DNA of 63,306 bases, the filler included, from Chiloscyllium plagiosum (lineage: Eukaryota): the NCBI RefSeq assembly GCF_004010195.1. It is 4 parts of one record of this genome, joined end to end, with 100 filler letters (N's around TTAATTAATTAA, not from the genome) between each part and the next. Parts side by side here need not be neighbours in the genome. Positions count along the whole stretch, not along the records: positions 18,789 to 42,939 come from NC_057710.1; 3 more parts are not named here. One strand, 5' to 3'. Both the position numbers and the translations under genes were made by a program. Under the pieces are notes generated by a model that had not been told where the DNA came from, did not search any database, and saw nothing but the letters and a program-made list of their open reading frames with translations. This document shows, one piece after another, positions 23,839 to 37,661 of the stretch; position 1 is the stretch's first letter; every line of letters begins with the position of its first letter.

Positions 23839-24714
23839 TTGATGTTTGTCTCAGTGTGCCAAGCTGTCCAGGAGGTACATTGTATTGAACTGGAATTATT
23901 TGGACTTACACCAGGTAAGGATGCCGCTCCACTTTCTGGAGAACATTACTATATAAAAGGTTTCTTCTCTCTTTTTCTCATTCCCTTATATTATTATGCA
24001 TGTTAATGCTACTTTTATGTTCAGTGATGTTTCAAAAAGGGTAAAATTCTGATGGTCTGATGAAGTATGTTTATTTGAGATGCTCACGTTTTGTAAATCA
24101 AATTAGGGTTAACTGCACTTTCAAAATGTGACCACAAGATGGAGATATTTTGCCAATCGTACAATTTTAAAATGCTCCTAATAGTTGGAAATCTCAAATT
24201 GAACCAGAAGTAAACGCAATAAGGGAAAAAAAATGACAAGCTAAATTTGCAACTGAAAACTTAGTCAGAAGCAGAATGGAAAGGTAGAAATACAGTTAAA
24301 TGTGGCTGAATAAAACTATCAGTCAACTTGACTCCTGGTCCAATTTGTTTAGCCTTGTGGGAGAATCTAGAATGAAGGGGTGATAGTTTAAAAATATAGG
24401 GTGCCCATTTAAAACAGAGTTGAGAAAACATTTTTTTCTCTGGGAGGTATGAGTGACTTTGGAATTCCCTTCCTCAAAAGACAGTGTATGCAGAATCTTT
24501 AAATATTTTTAAAGCAGAGGTAGCTGGTTTCTTGATTACTAAGGAGATTTTGGGGATATAGAGGACTGTACAGTTGAGATTAAAATCAATCAGCCATGAT
24601 CTTATTAAATAAGGCAACTGGCTCAAAAGGCTAAGTGGCTTACTCTTGTCCCTTATTTGTGTGCACTGCCAAAATCCTGGGCATTATCATTGACTAGATA
24701 CTGAATTGGATCAG

Positions 24715-24805
24715 AGCTGAAAATGTGTTGCTGGAAAAGCGCAGCAGGTCAGGCAGCATCCAGGGAACAGGAGAATCGACGTTTCGGGCATAAGCCCTTC
24801 TTCAG
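24715..24805 (-). mobile_element. ~91-bp PLE mini-insert containing a hammerhead motif
   Basis: TSD GAATTGGATCAG at 24703-24714 and 24806-24817; the minus strand reads CTGAAGAAGGGCTTATGCCCGAAACGTC. Confidence 0.85.
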
Positions 24806-27139
24806 GAATTGGATCAGCCAAATAAATATTTTGGCGATGAAAACAGGAGGTCAGAGGCGTGAAATTCTGCAGTAATTCATCTTGTGATTCTCAAAGCTTG
24901 TCCACCATCTAAAAGGCAGAAATCTGGAGTGTGATAGAATATTCCCCACTTGCTTGCATGGATTCAGCTTCAATAACACTCAAGAAGTCTGACACCATCC
25001 AGGACAAAGCACCCTGTTTGATTTGTATTTGATTGGCATTGAGACAGATTTTATTGTAAATATAATGATAGGAAGTCTTATTCGAAAAGAGACAGCTGTT
25101 TTCCGTATCTGTAGCTGGCTAGTTATCTGTTGAAATTTGGAAATTGTTTGAGCTGCTTTGCCTCTCCCAAAGTTGTGCAATAATGACCTCTTGCTGTCTG
25201 ACTCACCACTCAATTATCCTGAAGAATCTGAACTTTCTACATCCGCACTTTGAAATCACACTTTTAACTATGTGAAAACTTATAATTACTACAAACCAAC
25301 TTTTCCAGTCATGAAAAAAAATTGCTTTTCAAGTGTGAAGCCTTATTCTTCCAGCCTATTACTACTGTTGGAGATTTTTCAAAATATAATAGACGGTTTC
25401 ACATTTTCTCTGTCCCTATTACTTCAAATATTTCTTTCCCCTTCTGAACCTGTTTTGATATTGAATTAAACATTCTACCTGACACTTCCTGGTTTGAGTA
25501 TTGCACTGCCCTTTAACAAGTCTGCCATCTGACTGGTTAAGGAGGTGCTGGCCTTGTATGCCCAGTTCCCAGGCACTCAGTTGAGGGCAGTCTCTTGTTG
25601 AATGTTGACTGGCAGCACATTAACATGTGAAAGTCCAAAGAAATCCATGGGCACTTCAACTCTAACCCTGTAAGCTTTCATATTATAGCTTGAAACACTT
25701 ACAACTAATTTAAACAATTTCTAACTCCTAACACTTATTTAGGATGAAATTAGATCAGGACTATCTTACTGATAACTTCTGTCCAAGCCAGTCAATCCTG
25801 CAAATGCTTAGTCTTTGGTCAGTAGAATTCACATAATGATCTCATAGCAGTAGATCTATGTGAGAATGTTAGTTCCTCCATACAGCCAGCTGAATTTCAA
25901 TAAGTCATCACTATACTTTAAACATCCAATATATTGTTTGTGTCCAGGATTTTGCTCTCCAGAAAATATACTTCTCCCTTGAAGGAATATATGGAGTCTA
26001 GGGGATAGAAATGCTTAAACTAAATGAGTTATTAACTTTACAACTTAATTAACAGAAATTAATAAACAATAAACTTTAAATGGAAAAGTATACTATTACA
26101 CTCAGAAACTATTGAAAGATGAAATACCAAATCTCATAGAACTCAGTTTGATGTTATTTCGAACTAATCAAGAATATCTAAGGATATTTAAGAATATCCA
26201 AGAACAGCTAAGAATAGGATATTTAATAAAATCCAAGAATAAATTATTGAAGTAAAGTTTTACATTAACGTCCTGAACAAATATGGTATTTTTTCTCGGT
26301 GGGAGAAAATATCTTTTGGGGAATATTATCTGAGGGTTCCTGATACTTCTGAAATTTCAGTGAAGTCAGCTTTATTTTTGTTTGGATCCCTCCAACTAAG
26401 CAAATGTGGGTGTTAACCCTCAGTATAGTTTCCTCCCATTTCCATGTGACACTGCATCATTTCATATTATTCCTTAATTATTTGGTGATGAAAGTGTCAG
26501 TTTTTATCTTGTCGATTTGTTTGTTTTATACTGTTATACGAATATTTCTTTCATCACCTTCTTATTCTTTCAGTCTTAAAATAATCCTCATTAAAGGTTT
26601 ATCAATAAAAAAGATGACTAATTTTTCTCTCCTTATAAGTGTTGTCTGATCCTGGTTATCTACCAATATCCAAGTGGTAACGATCTTTCAGCATCTGTTA
26701 TCAGTATTCCTGCTGTGGTTAACATCTTATGTTCATGTTTCACTGTAACATTGCCATGTCACTTGCCAGGCATTCCTTTTAGTGATTAAACTAGTGTTTT
26801 TTCTTTTTTGTTGTTTGTACTGGGGGCGAGTCTATTAACTTAATTGGTAGCAAATGTATGCCCTTCTAATAGGCATTAACGATAAAGTTTTCCAACTTCT
26901 AAGTTTACAGATTCAAAATCTGCTTTAGCTCCTTTCATGATCAATTAGGCGCTCAAACCACAACTTCCTCAGTCAGTTCAGATACATTCAGTGCCCCACA
27001 TCACCTTTCTCCAGATGCTGAGCTGTTCCATATTCCTCAGATAAAGGAATAGGATAAAATAAAAAGCGGACTGATGCTAAATAGTTTGGCATCATTCAAA
27101 GCTGAGTCAGCTGTAATACATTGCAGATTGCTACTGGAA

Positions 27140-27880
27140 TCCAGGGTGGAGATAGCAGGAGCACAAATCACAACTGTCTGAATTTCCTTGGATCTGGGAG
27201 TGGTGCCAGAGGACAGGAGTTTTGCTATTGTTACACTTCTGTTAAAAAAAAGGCAAGATAATCATAGGCTAATCAGTTTGACATGATTAGTGAAAACAAG
27301 TAGAGTTCAATATCAAGGACAAAATTAATACTGACTTGGAGGTATATTGCTTAGTTAGAGAAAACAACATAGACTTGTTACAGGTAAATTGTCACTGATT
27401 AAGTTGTTGAAGTCTTTGAAGAAATAACACAGCAGGTTTGATGAAGTAGTGATGTTGAGTATGAACATTCCAAAGGCATTTAATAAAGTATGAAATAATA
27501 GTTGTTCAGAATATAGATGTAGACATGATTACAGAGATAGTGGTAACTTACATAACAGGAGGTAGAAAGTCAAAGTGAATGGGTGATTTTCTGACTGAGG
27601 GGAAGAGTGCTGTTGGATCCCCCAAGGTTCAGCACTGGGTCATCAAGTTAGAAAAATGGCCTGGATTTGGATTGGAGAAGCAGAGTTTTTGAATTTGCAG
27701 ATGATACTAAACTTGACAATTTAATAAATAACAGGATCAAAGTAGTCATCAGGAAGACATATATAAGCTGGGGAAGTAGGCAGACATATTAGTTTAATGT
27801 GGCCAAGTATTAAAGGATACACTTTGGGAGGAACAACAGAGAGGCAGTATAATCTAAATTATACTATTTTGAGGAGGTGC
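27140..27880 (+). mobile_element. Old, highly decayed CR1 fragment
   Basis: Remnants such as TTTGCAGATGATACTAAACT (FADDTKL) and CCCCAAGGTTCAGCACTGGG (PQGSALG). Confidence 0.65.
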
Positions 27881-27904
27881 AAAGGCAGGGACTTGCAAAC
27901 ATCT

Positions 27905-30481
27905 GGGTTGGGAACAGATTTTTGGGTTATTTGGGTGGAACTGAGAAATAAGAAAGGGATGATCACCTTATTGGGATTGTTTTATAGACCATCCAATAGT
28001 CAGCAGTAAATTGAAAAACAAATGTGTAAGGAGATCTCAGTTATCTGTAAGAATAATAGGGTGTTTACAGTAGGGGAATTTAATTTCCCAAACATAGACT
28101 GGGACCGCCATAGTGATAAAGGTTTAGATGGAGAGGAATCTGTGAGGTGTGTACAAGAAAAGTTTCAGATTCAGTATATGCATATATTTATAGAGAAAGT
28201 GCAAAACTTCACCTATTCTTGGGAAATAAGGCAGGGCAGGTGACTGGCTGTCTGTGGGGGACCACTTTGGGGCCAGTGACCATAATTCTATTAGTTTTAA
28301 GATAGTGATATAAAACGATAGACTGGATCTAAAAGTTGAAGTTCTCAACTGGAGGAAGGCTACTTTTAACAGTAGTATGCAAGAACTTTCAAAAGCTGAT
28401 TGGGGCTGATGTTCGCAGGTAAAGGGACAACTGGAAAATGGGAAGCCTTCAAAAGTGAGATAATGAGAGTCCAGAGACAGTATATCTCTGTTGGGATGAA
28501 AGGAAAGGCTGGTAGGTATAGGGATTGCTGACTGACTGGAGAAATTGAGGTTTTGGTTAAGAAAAAGAAGGAAGCATATGTCAGGAACAGACAACAGAGA
28601 TTGAATGAATCTTGAGAGGAGTATAAAGGTAGTAGGAGAGAAATCATGAAGGCAGAAAAGGGACATTACATAGCTTTGGCAAATGGGGTTAAGGAGGATC
28701 CAAAAGGATTCTATAAATACATTAAGGACAAAAGGGTGACTAGGGAGAGAAATGGACCCTCAAAGATCAGCAAGTATGGAACTACAGGAGATGGGGGAAA
28801 ATACTAAACGAGTATTTTGTATCAGTGTTTACTGAGGAGAACATGGAAGATATAGAATGTGGGGAAATGGTGACATCTTGAAAAATGTCCGTATTACAGA
28901 GGAGGTGGTGCTGGATGTCTTAAAATGCATAAAGGTGAATAAATCCCCAGGGCCTGATCCGCTGTACCCTAGAACTCTATGGGAAGCGAGGGAAGTGATT
29001 GCTGGGCCGCTTGCTGAGGTATTTGTATCATCGATAGTCACAGGTGAGGTGCTGGAAGATGGAGGTTGGCTAACTTGGTGCCATTGTTTAAGAAGAGTGA
29101 TAAGGACAAGCCAGGAAAATATAGACCAGTGAGCCTGATGTTGTTAGTGGGCACATTGTTGGAGGGAATCCTGAGGGACAGGATGTACATGTATTTGGAA
29201 AGAAAAGGACTGATTAGAGATAATCAACATGGCTTCGTGTGTAGGAAATCATGTCTCATAAACTTGATTGAGCTTTTTGAAGAAGTATTGAAGAGGATTA
29301 ATAATGGCAAATTGGTGAACGTGATCTATATGGACTTCAGTAAGGCGTTCAACCAGGTTCCCTATGGTAGATTGATTAGAAAGGTTAGATCGCATGGACT
29401 ATAGGGAGGACTAACCTTTTGGATACAGAACTGGCTCAAAGGTAGAAAGAGGGTAGTGGTGGAAAGTTGCCTTTCAGCCTGGAGGCCTTTGACCATGGTG
29501 TGCTACAAGGATCAGTGCTGGTCCACTTCTTTTCATCATTTACATAAGTGATTTGTATGAGAAATAAAGGAGATATAGTTAGTAAGTTTGTAGATGACAC
29601 CAAAATTAGAGCTGTAGTTAAAGAAGGTTACCTCAGAGTACAACAGGACCTTGATCAGATGGGCCAATGGGCTGAGAAGTGGCAGCTGGAGTTTAATTGA
29701 GATAAATGTGAGCTGCTGCATTTTGAGAAAGCAAATCTTAGCAGAACTTATACACTTAATGGTAAGGTCCTGGGGAGTGTTGCTGAACAGGTTCATAGCT
29801 CCTTGAAAATGGAGTCACAGGTAGACATGATAGTGAAGGCGGCATTTGGTATGCTTTCCTTTACTGCTCAGAGCATTGAGTATAGGAATTGGGAGGTCAT
29901 GTTGTGGCTGTACAGGATGGTGGTTAGGCCACATTTAGAATATTGTGTGCAATTCTGGTCTTCCTTCTATTGGAAGGATGTTGTGAAACTTGAAAAGATT
30001 TAGAAAAGATGTACGAGGATATTGCCAGGTGGGGAGGATTTGAACTCTTGGGAGAGGCTGAATAGGCCAGGGCTGTTTTCCCTAAAGCATCAGAGACTGA
30101 GGGGTGACCTTATAGAGGTATATAAAATCATGAGGGACATGGATAGGGTAAATCGACAAGGTCTTATCCCTGGGGCAGGGGAGTCCAGAACTGGAGGGCA
30201 TAGGTTTAGGGTGAGGGGGAAAGTTATAAAAGAGACTTACAGGGCAACTTTTTCACACAGAGGGTGTTGCATCTATGGAGTAAGCTGCCAGAGGAACTGG
30301 TGGAGGTTTGAACAATTACCATATTTAAAAGGCATCTGGATGGATATATGAATAGGGAGGATTTCAAGGGACGTGCGCCAAGTGCTGACAAATGGGACTA
30401 GATTAGGTTGGGATATCTGGTCAGCATGGACAAGTTGGACCTAAGAGTGTGTTTCCGTGCTGTACATCTCTATGACTCTAA
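27905..30481 (+). mobile_element. CR1/HER1-type LINE ORF2 (endonuclease end, RT, 3'UTR), degraded
   Basis: Encodes GEFNFPNIDW, KSPGPD, PLFKK..YRPVSL, NQHGF, IYMDFSKAF and KFVDDTK; tail TCTATGACTCTA. Confidence 0.93.
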
Positions 30482-30687
30482 GAAGTAGACCACTCAGCTC
30501 TTCAAACCTACAAAAAGATTCAATAAGATCATGGCTGGTCTGTCTATGTTCCGAATTCCACATTCAAATCTATCCCTGATAACATTTGATTCCCTTGCCT
30601 AACAAGTATCTTTCTAACTCTATTCAATGACACTGTCTCCACAACCTTCTGGGGCAGGGAGTTCTAAAGTTGCACAACTCATTAAAA

Positions 30688-31355
30688 GGAGAAAGTGAGG
30701 ACTGTAGGTGCTGGAGAGTCAGAGTCGAAAAGTGGAAAACAAACAGTGGGTCAGGCAACATCCGAGGAGCAGGAGAGTCAATGTTCCAGCATTAGCCCTG
30801 CATCAGGAATGTGGAGGGGGAAGGGGGCTGAGTGGTGCTGGAGTGAAGGTAGGTTGGATGGCGGGTGTGGATGCAGTTAGGAGGTCATTATGATGAGTCA
30901 ATGGGGAGGGTCGAGCAGATAGGTGGAAGGTGGACAGGTAGGATAGGTCAAGAGGGAGGTGCCAAGTTGGAGGGTTGAATCTGGAATGAGGTTGGGGATG
31001 GGGAGATTTGTGATGTCAATGTTGATGCCGTATGGTTGCTGGGTCCTGAGGCAGATGAGGTGTTCTTCCTCCAGTCAGTGGGTGGCTTTGATTTGGTGGT
31101 GATGAGGGCCCAAGATTTGCATGTCCTTAGGGGGAGGGTTGAAGTGGTTGGCCACAGGGCAGTGGGGTTGATTGGTGCCGACAGACCAGAAATGTTCCCT
31201 GAACCACTCTAAGAGTTGGCGTTCCGTCTCTTCGAGAAGCTACATTTGGTAATGAGATGAATAATTGGAGCTGATGAAGGGCTATGCCCGAAATGTTGAC
31301 TCTCTTGCTCCTCAGATGCTGCCTGACTTGCTATGCTTTTTCCTGTACCACACTC
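30688..31355. mobile_element. Decayed PLE 3' fragment with an inverted terminal copy
   Basis: Minus-orientation terminal repeat at 30688-30810, then the GIY-YIG C-terminal region, then a plus-orientation CTGATGAAGGGCTATGCCCGAAA at about 31271. Confidence 0.75.
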
Positions 31356-33780
31356 TATCAACTAAGTAAAGGAACTTGCGGTGTATGGGTCCAGGTCCCA
31401 GGTCCATCCCTTAGCTTTATTTTCTCTGAGGAAGATGGAGGTTCTGTCCCTGACAAAATGAGAGAAGTCCCAGATTGAGTGGAGAACTGACTGCCTAAAC
31501 GAGACATCTACCACTGCCCATTGCTGGCTCTACAGCACAGTTATAGAGGGAGACTGGCATTAAGCTTAAGGTATTATAGGCATATGCTTGTTTATCATGA
31601 ACCAAAGGGATGTATTGTTCTCTTGGCTTCTCTTCTTGACAAGCAATGGAAGCAAGAGTCTTTGAATGACATTAGATTCATGACAAACAAGGAGAGTGAA
31701 GGACTTTCATAGGAAGGCAGTAATATGACCTGATCAGCCATTGTCTTATCGAATGGCAGTACAGGCTTGAGGGTCAAATAGCTGACTCCCAGTTTGTATG
31801 ACAACTGAATTCTCTACACAGGTGGATGTGCTTGCTATTTTGCTGACAAAAATGGGCTAGGGGTCAGGGAATTGCTCAGTTTTGGTCCCACTAGGTAAGA
31901 TGCAAAGAGGAAATCTTCCCCCATATTGTCTCCTCAGAGTGAGGAAGTGCAACATCTAAAGAAATGATAACCATTCGACATGTGATACACCAAACTAAAG
32001 AGAAAAAAGAAACACAATCTGTACACAAACAGAAGTTACACTTGGTAATGAAATGGATAATTGGGGCAGAATCAGAGACCAATAAAATTCCATTGTGTTG
32101 GTGTTGCAGTGTTAACTGACCCTACTTGACAGGGAAATTTGGCTATGTGGTTGCTAATGGCTTTACCAACTCTGATCGCTGTCCTGTGAACCCTGAGGGA
32201 AAGATCCATGTCTCAGAATATCAGGCTGACACAGGATGGAGACTGAGCTATGTTATCCCTTGACGAATGGAGTCTGGATGAGATGCTAAAAGATTGACAG
32301 CCATGACAGAAACAATGGGCATGCAATCAGAGGGAAAAATCTGGAATACTTTATTTACCATGTGGTCTTTTTAGAGATTACAGTGGTCTTTTTATAAAAG
32401 GATAAATAAACCTTTAGCACAATCTAGCACTGTCTCTCGCACAATGCAGTGTAATCTGTACCCTGACAATTTGGCACCATCTTAACCTTTCTGCTTTAAC
32501 GAGAGCAACTCCAATTTCCCAATTCTTACCATGTGATTGAAGTCCCTCATCTCTGCTACCATTCTATTAATTTTCTATGTATTCTCTCCAAGGTCTCCAC
32601 ATCCTTTTTAAAGACTTGTATGTATCATCTACAAGATACACTGCAACAATTCACTGAAGTTCCTTAAACACCACCTTCCAAAACAGCCAACTCTGCCTCT
32701 GAGAAGTTCAACTGCAGCAGTTACATCACCATCTGTAAATTCCCCTCCAAGACACTCAGCATCCTGTTTTGGAACTATATTGCCATTCCTTCATTGGCAT
32801 AGAGTCAAAGTCCTGGAACTTCTTTTCTGATAGCACTATGGGTGTTTGCACACCACATGGATTTTAAGACAGCTCTCTACCGCCTTGGCCAGTGCAGTTA
32901 GGAATGGGCTGCTGGACTAGATGGCTCACTACCCAATGAAATGAAAAAAATAATCTGGTGCCACTTCTGCCTTTTTCCATCATAGCCATGGAAAGTTGTC
33001 TGTCTAAAAAGTGAATTGAATAATTATCTAAAGTCACAATAAAACCTGCCTCACTATATTCTCAGAGAATGCATTCCAGATCCTAACCAAATGCTGTATA
33101 AACATCTTTTTTCTTATGTCTCTGGTGAAAGAACCAATACAATTTTAAATCAATGCTGTCAGGTACCTGATGCTTCCCTCAATGAGGATAGGTCTTCCCC
33201 ATCTACCCCGATATTGACTACCTTGATTAAGTCTTGGTAAGGAGTAGAAGATTAACAGGATGACAGGAACCACTTTACAGATGCATCCATGCATAACTGA
33301 GGTTCCTCATCCCTAGAGCTATTTTGGCAAATCTTTTCTGTATGCTTTATAGACCTTAACATCCTTCCTAAAGCATGGTGCCCAGGATTGGATGCAGTAC
33401 CCCGGTTGGATCAATTATGAACTATTTTGAGATTTCCCATATTTATTTTACCCAGCTTCCTTACAGAGAGGTTTCCTACCTGGTCTGAAATCAATCTCAA
33501 GTTCTTTGGTCTAAAACAAGCCACACCATCCTCGCCAGCCCTTTCTCACTTATTCAAATGTACATGAATTATTATGTCATTATGTGTTTTAATTCCAACT
33601 GCTCAGCAAACTGAATGTGGGAGTCAATATTATTTGTTTGAATATTATGTCTCCCTGCTTTTGAGAAAAATAATCTACAAAGAAAGCCTACAGTCAGGTA
33701 AATTTGTTACGAATGCTCTAACATGAAGTTGCTGCTCTATTCACACAAGAAACAAAACACATTTGCTGACACACATCATC

Positions 33781-33786
33781 TTTATT
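33781..33786 (-). promoter_or_regulatory. Candidate shroom3 polyadenylation signal (alternative at ~33892)
   Basis: AATAAA on the minus strand at the end of a repeat-free, AT-rich ~1.75 kb stretch downstream of the stop codon. Confidence 0.5.
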
Positions 33787-35536
33787 GTCTGCAGCAGTAA
33801 GTGGTTTACAAGCTTTAATGTCATGATTTCTGTTTGAAAACACATCTCATCAAAACATTTGACTGTGAAAAGTACAGCAAGTTCCTTTTAATTTATTTCA
33901 CATACCATATAACTGGCTGATTTGTGAGAAGCCATGCAGTGTGTTTCACATCACTGACTGGACAAAGACTCAGAATGGCTATGGAAAATTGCGGCCATAG
34001 CCAAGTGGTGAATGAACCCTGAAAAGTCCTCACCCTCTGATTTAACAAAAAAAGTTGACATTACAATCAAGAATGAGCAGTTATCCATACAGTAACATAT
34101 TGTCAAGTGCAGCAAAGCTTAAAAAACTAAAACCCAGATCTGACAGAGGCTGAGAAATGAATATTCTTAATCTATGCCAGTGACTACTGTTCAGAAAGTT
34201 AGTATTATATACAGTGGTTTACACACAGCTCAGTACATTGAGAAGTCAGAATATGAAAAATGAATGTTTTAAAAAGGAATGAAAGCAAGTGTTAGAAAAT
34301 CCTTTACCTCTAACTGAATCAATGCATTAGCTAAACCACACAAATAGAGCTCTGTGGGTGGAGCTGTGCACTTTTGCACTGTAAACTGCATTTCCAATAC
34401 TACAATTAAAATCACATTATGCACGCAGGGACAGGTACACTCAGAAAAAGGGTGAGCTTGGATTATGTAGTGTACTTGCATGAATTTCCTTCATTCACGG
34501 AGAATACTTCAGTGGCAAACACATTCTAATTTTTCCACAGACCTCGGTCATCTGGAGTTGTATTTTCAATTAAATCCAACTGAGATATAAATAGTGGGTC
34601 CACTGAAGATGCTTGCTTTCTGCAATGGTCACCCATGCTAAATATACTTTAGTGATCATTAAGGTTTACCAGCTTTAAGATGGATGATTACCCACCAACT
34701 GAGGGTCATGTCTCGCATGCAATTGCCAAATACTTGGACAAAAATGCATATATATATATATTATATATAATATATATATAAATTGAAGCTTATAAACATT
34801 ATTTGAAAGTGAATTATTGATAGTTTGAACTGTACTTCATGACATAAAAATTGAGCATCGCCCGAAGTTATTTTGAAAGAATCAGTCAATCGTCAACATG
34901 TACCATTCTAAAACTTTTCCCAAACTGCAGCTTTCTCTAATCCTGGTGGTCCCATGTCCTTCATCATGAATAATATTTAAAAAAAAAACAAAATCACAGA
35001 AGACTGCAATCACATTTTGTGATTAGAGCTTGCTTTCGTTCTTTCAAAAGTTATTTTCTTACAAAAATTAGTTTATTTTCCCTACACAACAAAGTTGAAC
35101 CATAAGAGGTTAGCGTATGTACAGAAACTTACACATCAAAATTATAAATAGTAGTAATGCTCTGATGTTATTGGGGAGGCTAAAAAATGCTTTCTTTTGT
35201 TTTTAAAATAAGTTGCAAACAGAAATTTCTTGTTGTGCCATTCTCCTTTGAAGGGGTCTTCAAAAAGTATCTCTAACGTCATATTTGAAAAGATGCTCAA
35301 GATGCCTCAGGAGCATTTTTAAGTTTTGTGTTGTTGGAGACTTGCTGGTAATAAGCTCCCACAAGGACCATCTTGTGCCCAAACAATGCTAGCCATTGTT
35401 TCACTAATACATAGATGTTGATAGCAATTTAAAGATGTCATCTTCTTCTTGCAGAATCCCTCCTCAATCTTGTTCTCTGAGTGATTTACGATTAAAACCT
35501 GATTTTTTTGAAAAAAAAAACCCTTACAATTTCCTT

Positions 35537-35875
35537 TTAAAGTGAAGAGGTAAGTTTAGGTTGCGAAGTGTCAGGCTCTGGGTGAGTGGCAGGCGAGTGA
35601 GCTGTCCTTTGTGATACAAAGTCAGCAGGGAGGCTCTCTAACAAACATTTGAGCTGCTCCTCACCCAACTTGATCTTGTCATCCAGTTCTCGCTGCTCCA
35701 TCAGCAGTGCTGCCTTCATCTTCACAAAGTGCTGGTAGTCTTGGAATTGCTCTTCTGTCAAGTAGTTCTCCAGGATATCTAGGACCACGCGTGCCCTACG
35801 ATCCAGATTCTCCTTCAGTTCCTTTGCGTCCTCGTGCTGACTGGTCAGAAGTCTTCGCTTCTCATTCAACAGATT
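35537..35875 (-). CDS. shroom3: Shroom3, last coding exon (ASD2 C-terminus)
   Basis: TGCAG acceptor; [63 protein letters not shown]. This matches the vertebrate SHROOM3 C-terminus as I recall it. 339 nt. Confidence 0.93.
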   Translation of the reverse strand, partial: NLLNEKRRLLTSQHEDAKELKENLDRRARVVLDILENYLTEEQFQDYQHFVKMKAALLMEQRELDDKIKLGEEQLKCLLESLPADFVSQRTAHSPATHPEPDTSQPKLTSSL

Positions 35876-37388
35876 CTGCAATATCAAATGCACACCTTTA
35901 GTATTAACTCCAAGTTGCTTGAAGATGATTTTGTTTTGAGAAGGATTTAGGAAGCAGTTAGGCCTATCAAATCCTTTCATGTTACTTTTCTTGTTTACTT
36001 TTCTGCCCTCCCCTTTTCTTCCTGCAACATACATTCTTAGCTCACGACTTGGCCTTGAATAGTTCATTAATATGTACATTGCTGTGGTACCAGTAACTAC
36101 AAGAGGACATCACAGTTAGTCCCAACATTATGTCTAACCAACAGCCATCTACTTCCAATGGGAACAGTACATTTGGTTGTCTTTCTGCACTGTAACTTAG
36201 GGAGATTGAATTTAGCTCTATTAAATATATCAGTGTCCCACATGAGACCAAGTAACTCAGGAATCTAAATTATGTTTTGTTATCCCCCATTTGTCTCAGT
36301 TATCTTCCCCCCACTACATTTTTCAATCATTTTCTCTTTCAAAAGAGCTCCCTACATCAGACTGATATTAACACTACTTAGAACCGAAAAATGATTCAAA
36401 GTGGAAACATTCCCTTCTGGCTCAATCATGGTTTTCAGCACGAATTCAATAGTGGACTTGCTCCTTGCTTCTCACTGACTTCACAGCTTGAATTTGCCAT
36501 TTCAGCCACATGTGGATGTGTATCTAGGGTTGCTATTACTAAGCTAGATTGATAGGCAGAATTACTCAATAAACAGGAACACTAACCCCTCCACCAGTCT
36601 CTCTGTCATCTTTATTACCAACTGCACTGAAGTCTTTGCCTTGCAAGCTGTAGGATATAACTATGGTTCTAATGCTGTGTAAGACTAGTATGGTTTGTTT
36701 TGAATTTAAAAATGGAAGTCATTTTGAAATTTATACACCCTGGTGGGTTTATTCGAAAAACGTAATGAATCCTTGAATAAACTTGGAGATTACTGAACCT
36801 CAGTACTTAGGGAGACTTGGATTTGATTTTCGAAGCAACACTGAATTAGCAGTTCTCAGCCCGATTGCTGATCAGGGACAGTGGAGGGGAGGGTCTACAA
36901 ACAGATTCAGCAAAGGAAACTGGAGAAAATAAAACTAGTCAGGGGTCTCATACCATATTAAGTCATGCCACAACAGGCTGAAAACTGGATTGCATTTACT
37001 TTGGCTAGGCATGCCCTCCCCAAAAGAGGTTCAGGGTGTGCTAACATTTAAGATTTAGGCTCACTTATGAGAAAAAGATAAACCAGGACTAATGTGTCAG
37101 TACCTTCAAAGCTGCAGCCAACTTTACATTGAGAATCACACATGGCACTTTGTAGTTAGCATGACCCAGTGTTGTAATACATACTGCACTTACTACCAGC
37201 CCATGAAACAAACCCTTCCCTTTTATTGAAGGTCCTAAGAGTCAATCTATTGACTACCCTGAACAGAAATATCTGTCATGTTTGCCCTTTTATTCCTTAC
37301 AAATTATAGGAACTAACATGCCCTCTCTGTTGAGTGAATTTGGTGATTAATCAATCCAGAAACAAATTAAAAACAACAGATTACGTAC

Positions 37389-37661
37389 ACGTTCCTCAGT
37401 ATTTGCATTTTCATCGAGAGTCTTCAGGACATTTTCCACTCGAGCTAAACGGCCGGACAGGGAAAGCAGCAAATTGACAACCTTATCCAAATCTCCAATG
37501 AACATCTTGTACTTCTCATACTCATTCGACTTGCACAGCCCTTTAATCATGGTCTCCACTTCTTCACCCAGAGCACTGTTCAATTTAATGTCAGCTGCTA
37601 GACTCTCCTTGGCTTTCCGTAGTGTCTGAAGTTTGCATGTTATGCTTTCAATTAGCTCAGA
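37389..37661 (-). CDS. shroom3: Shroom3, penultimate coding exon (ASD2)
   Basis: TTTGTAG acceptor, GTACGT donor, 273 nt, phase 0/0; [40 protein letters not shown]. Confidence 0.95.

Noticed and set aside
25500..27030. AT-rich stretch resembling a very old LTR-element or LINE remnant
   Set aside because: No diagnostic motif could be read with confidence.
35876..36079. N-terminal part of the 180-aa ORF upstream of the last shroom3 exon
   Set aside because: Intronic read-through upstream of the AG acceptor at 35876-35877.
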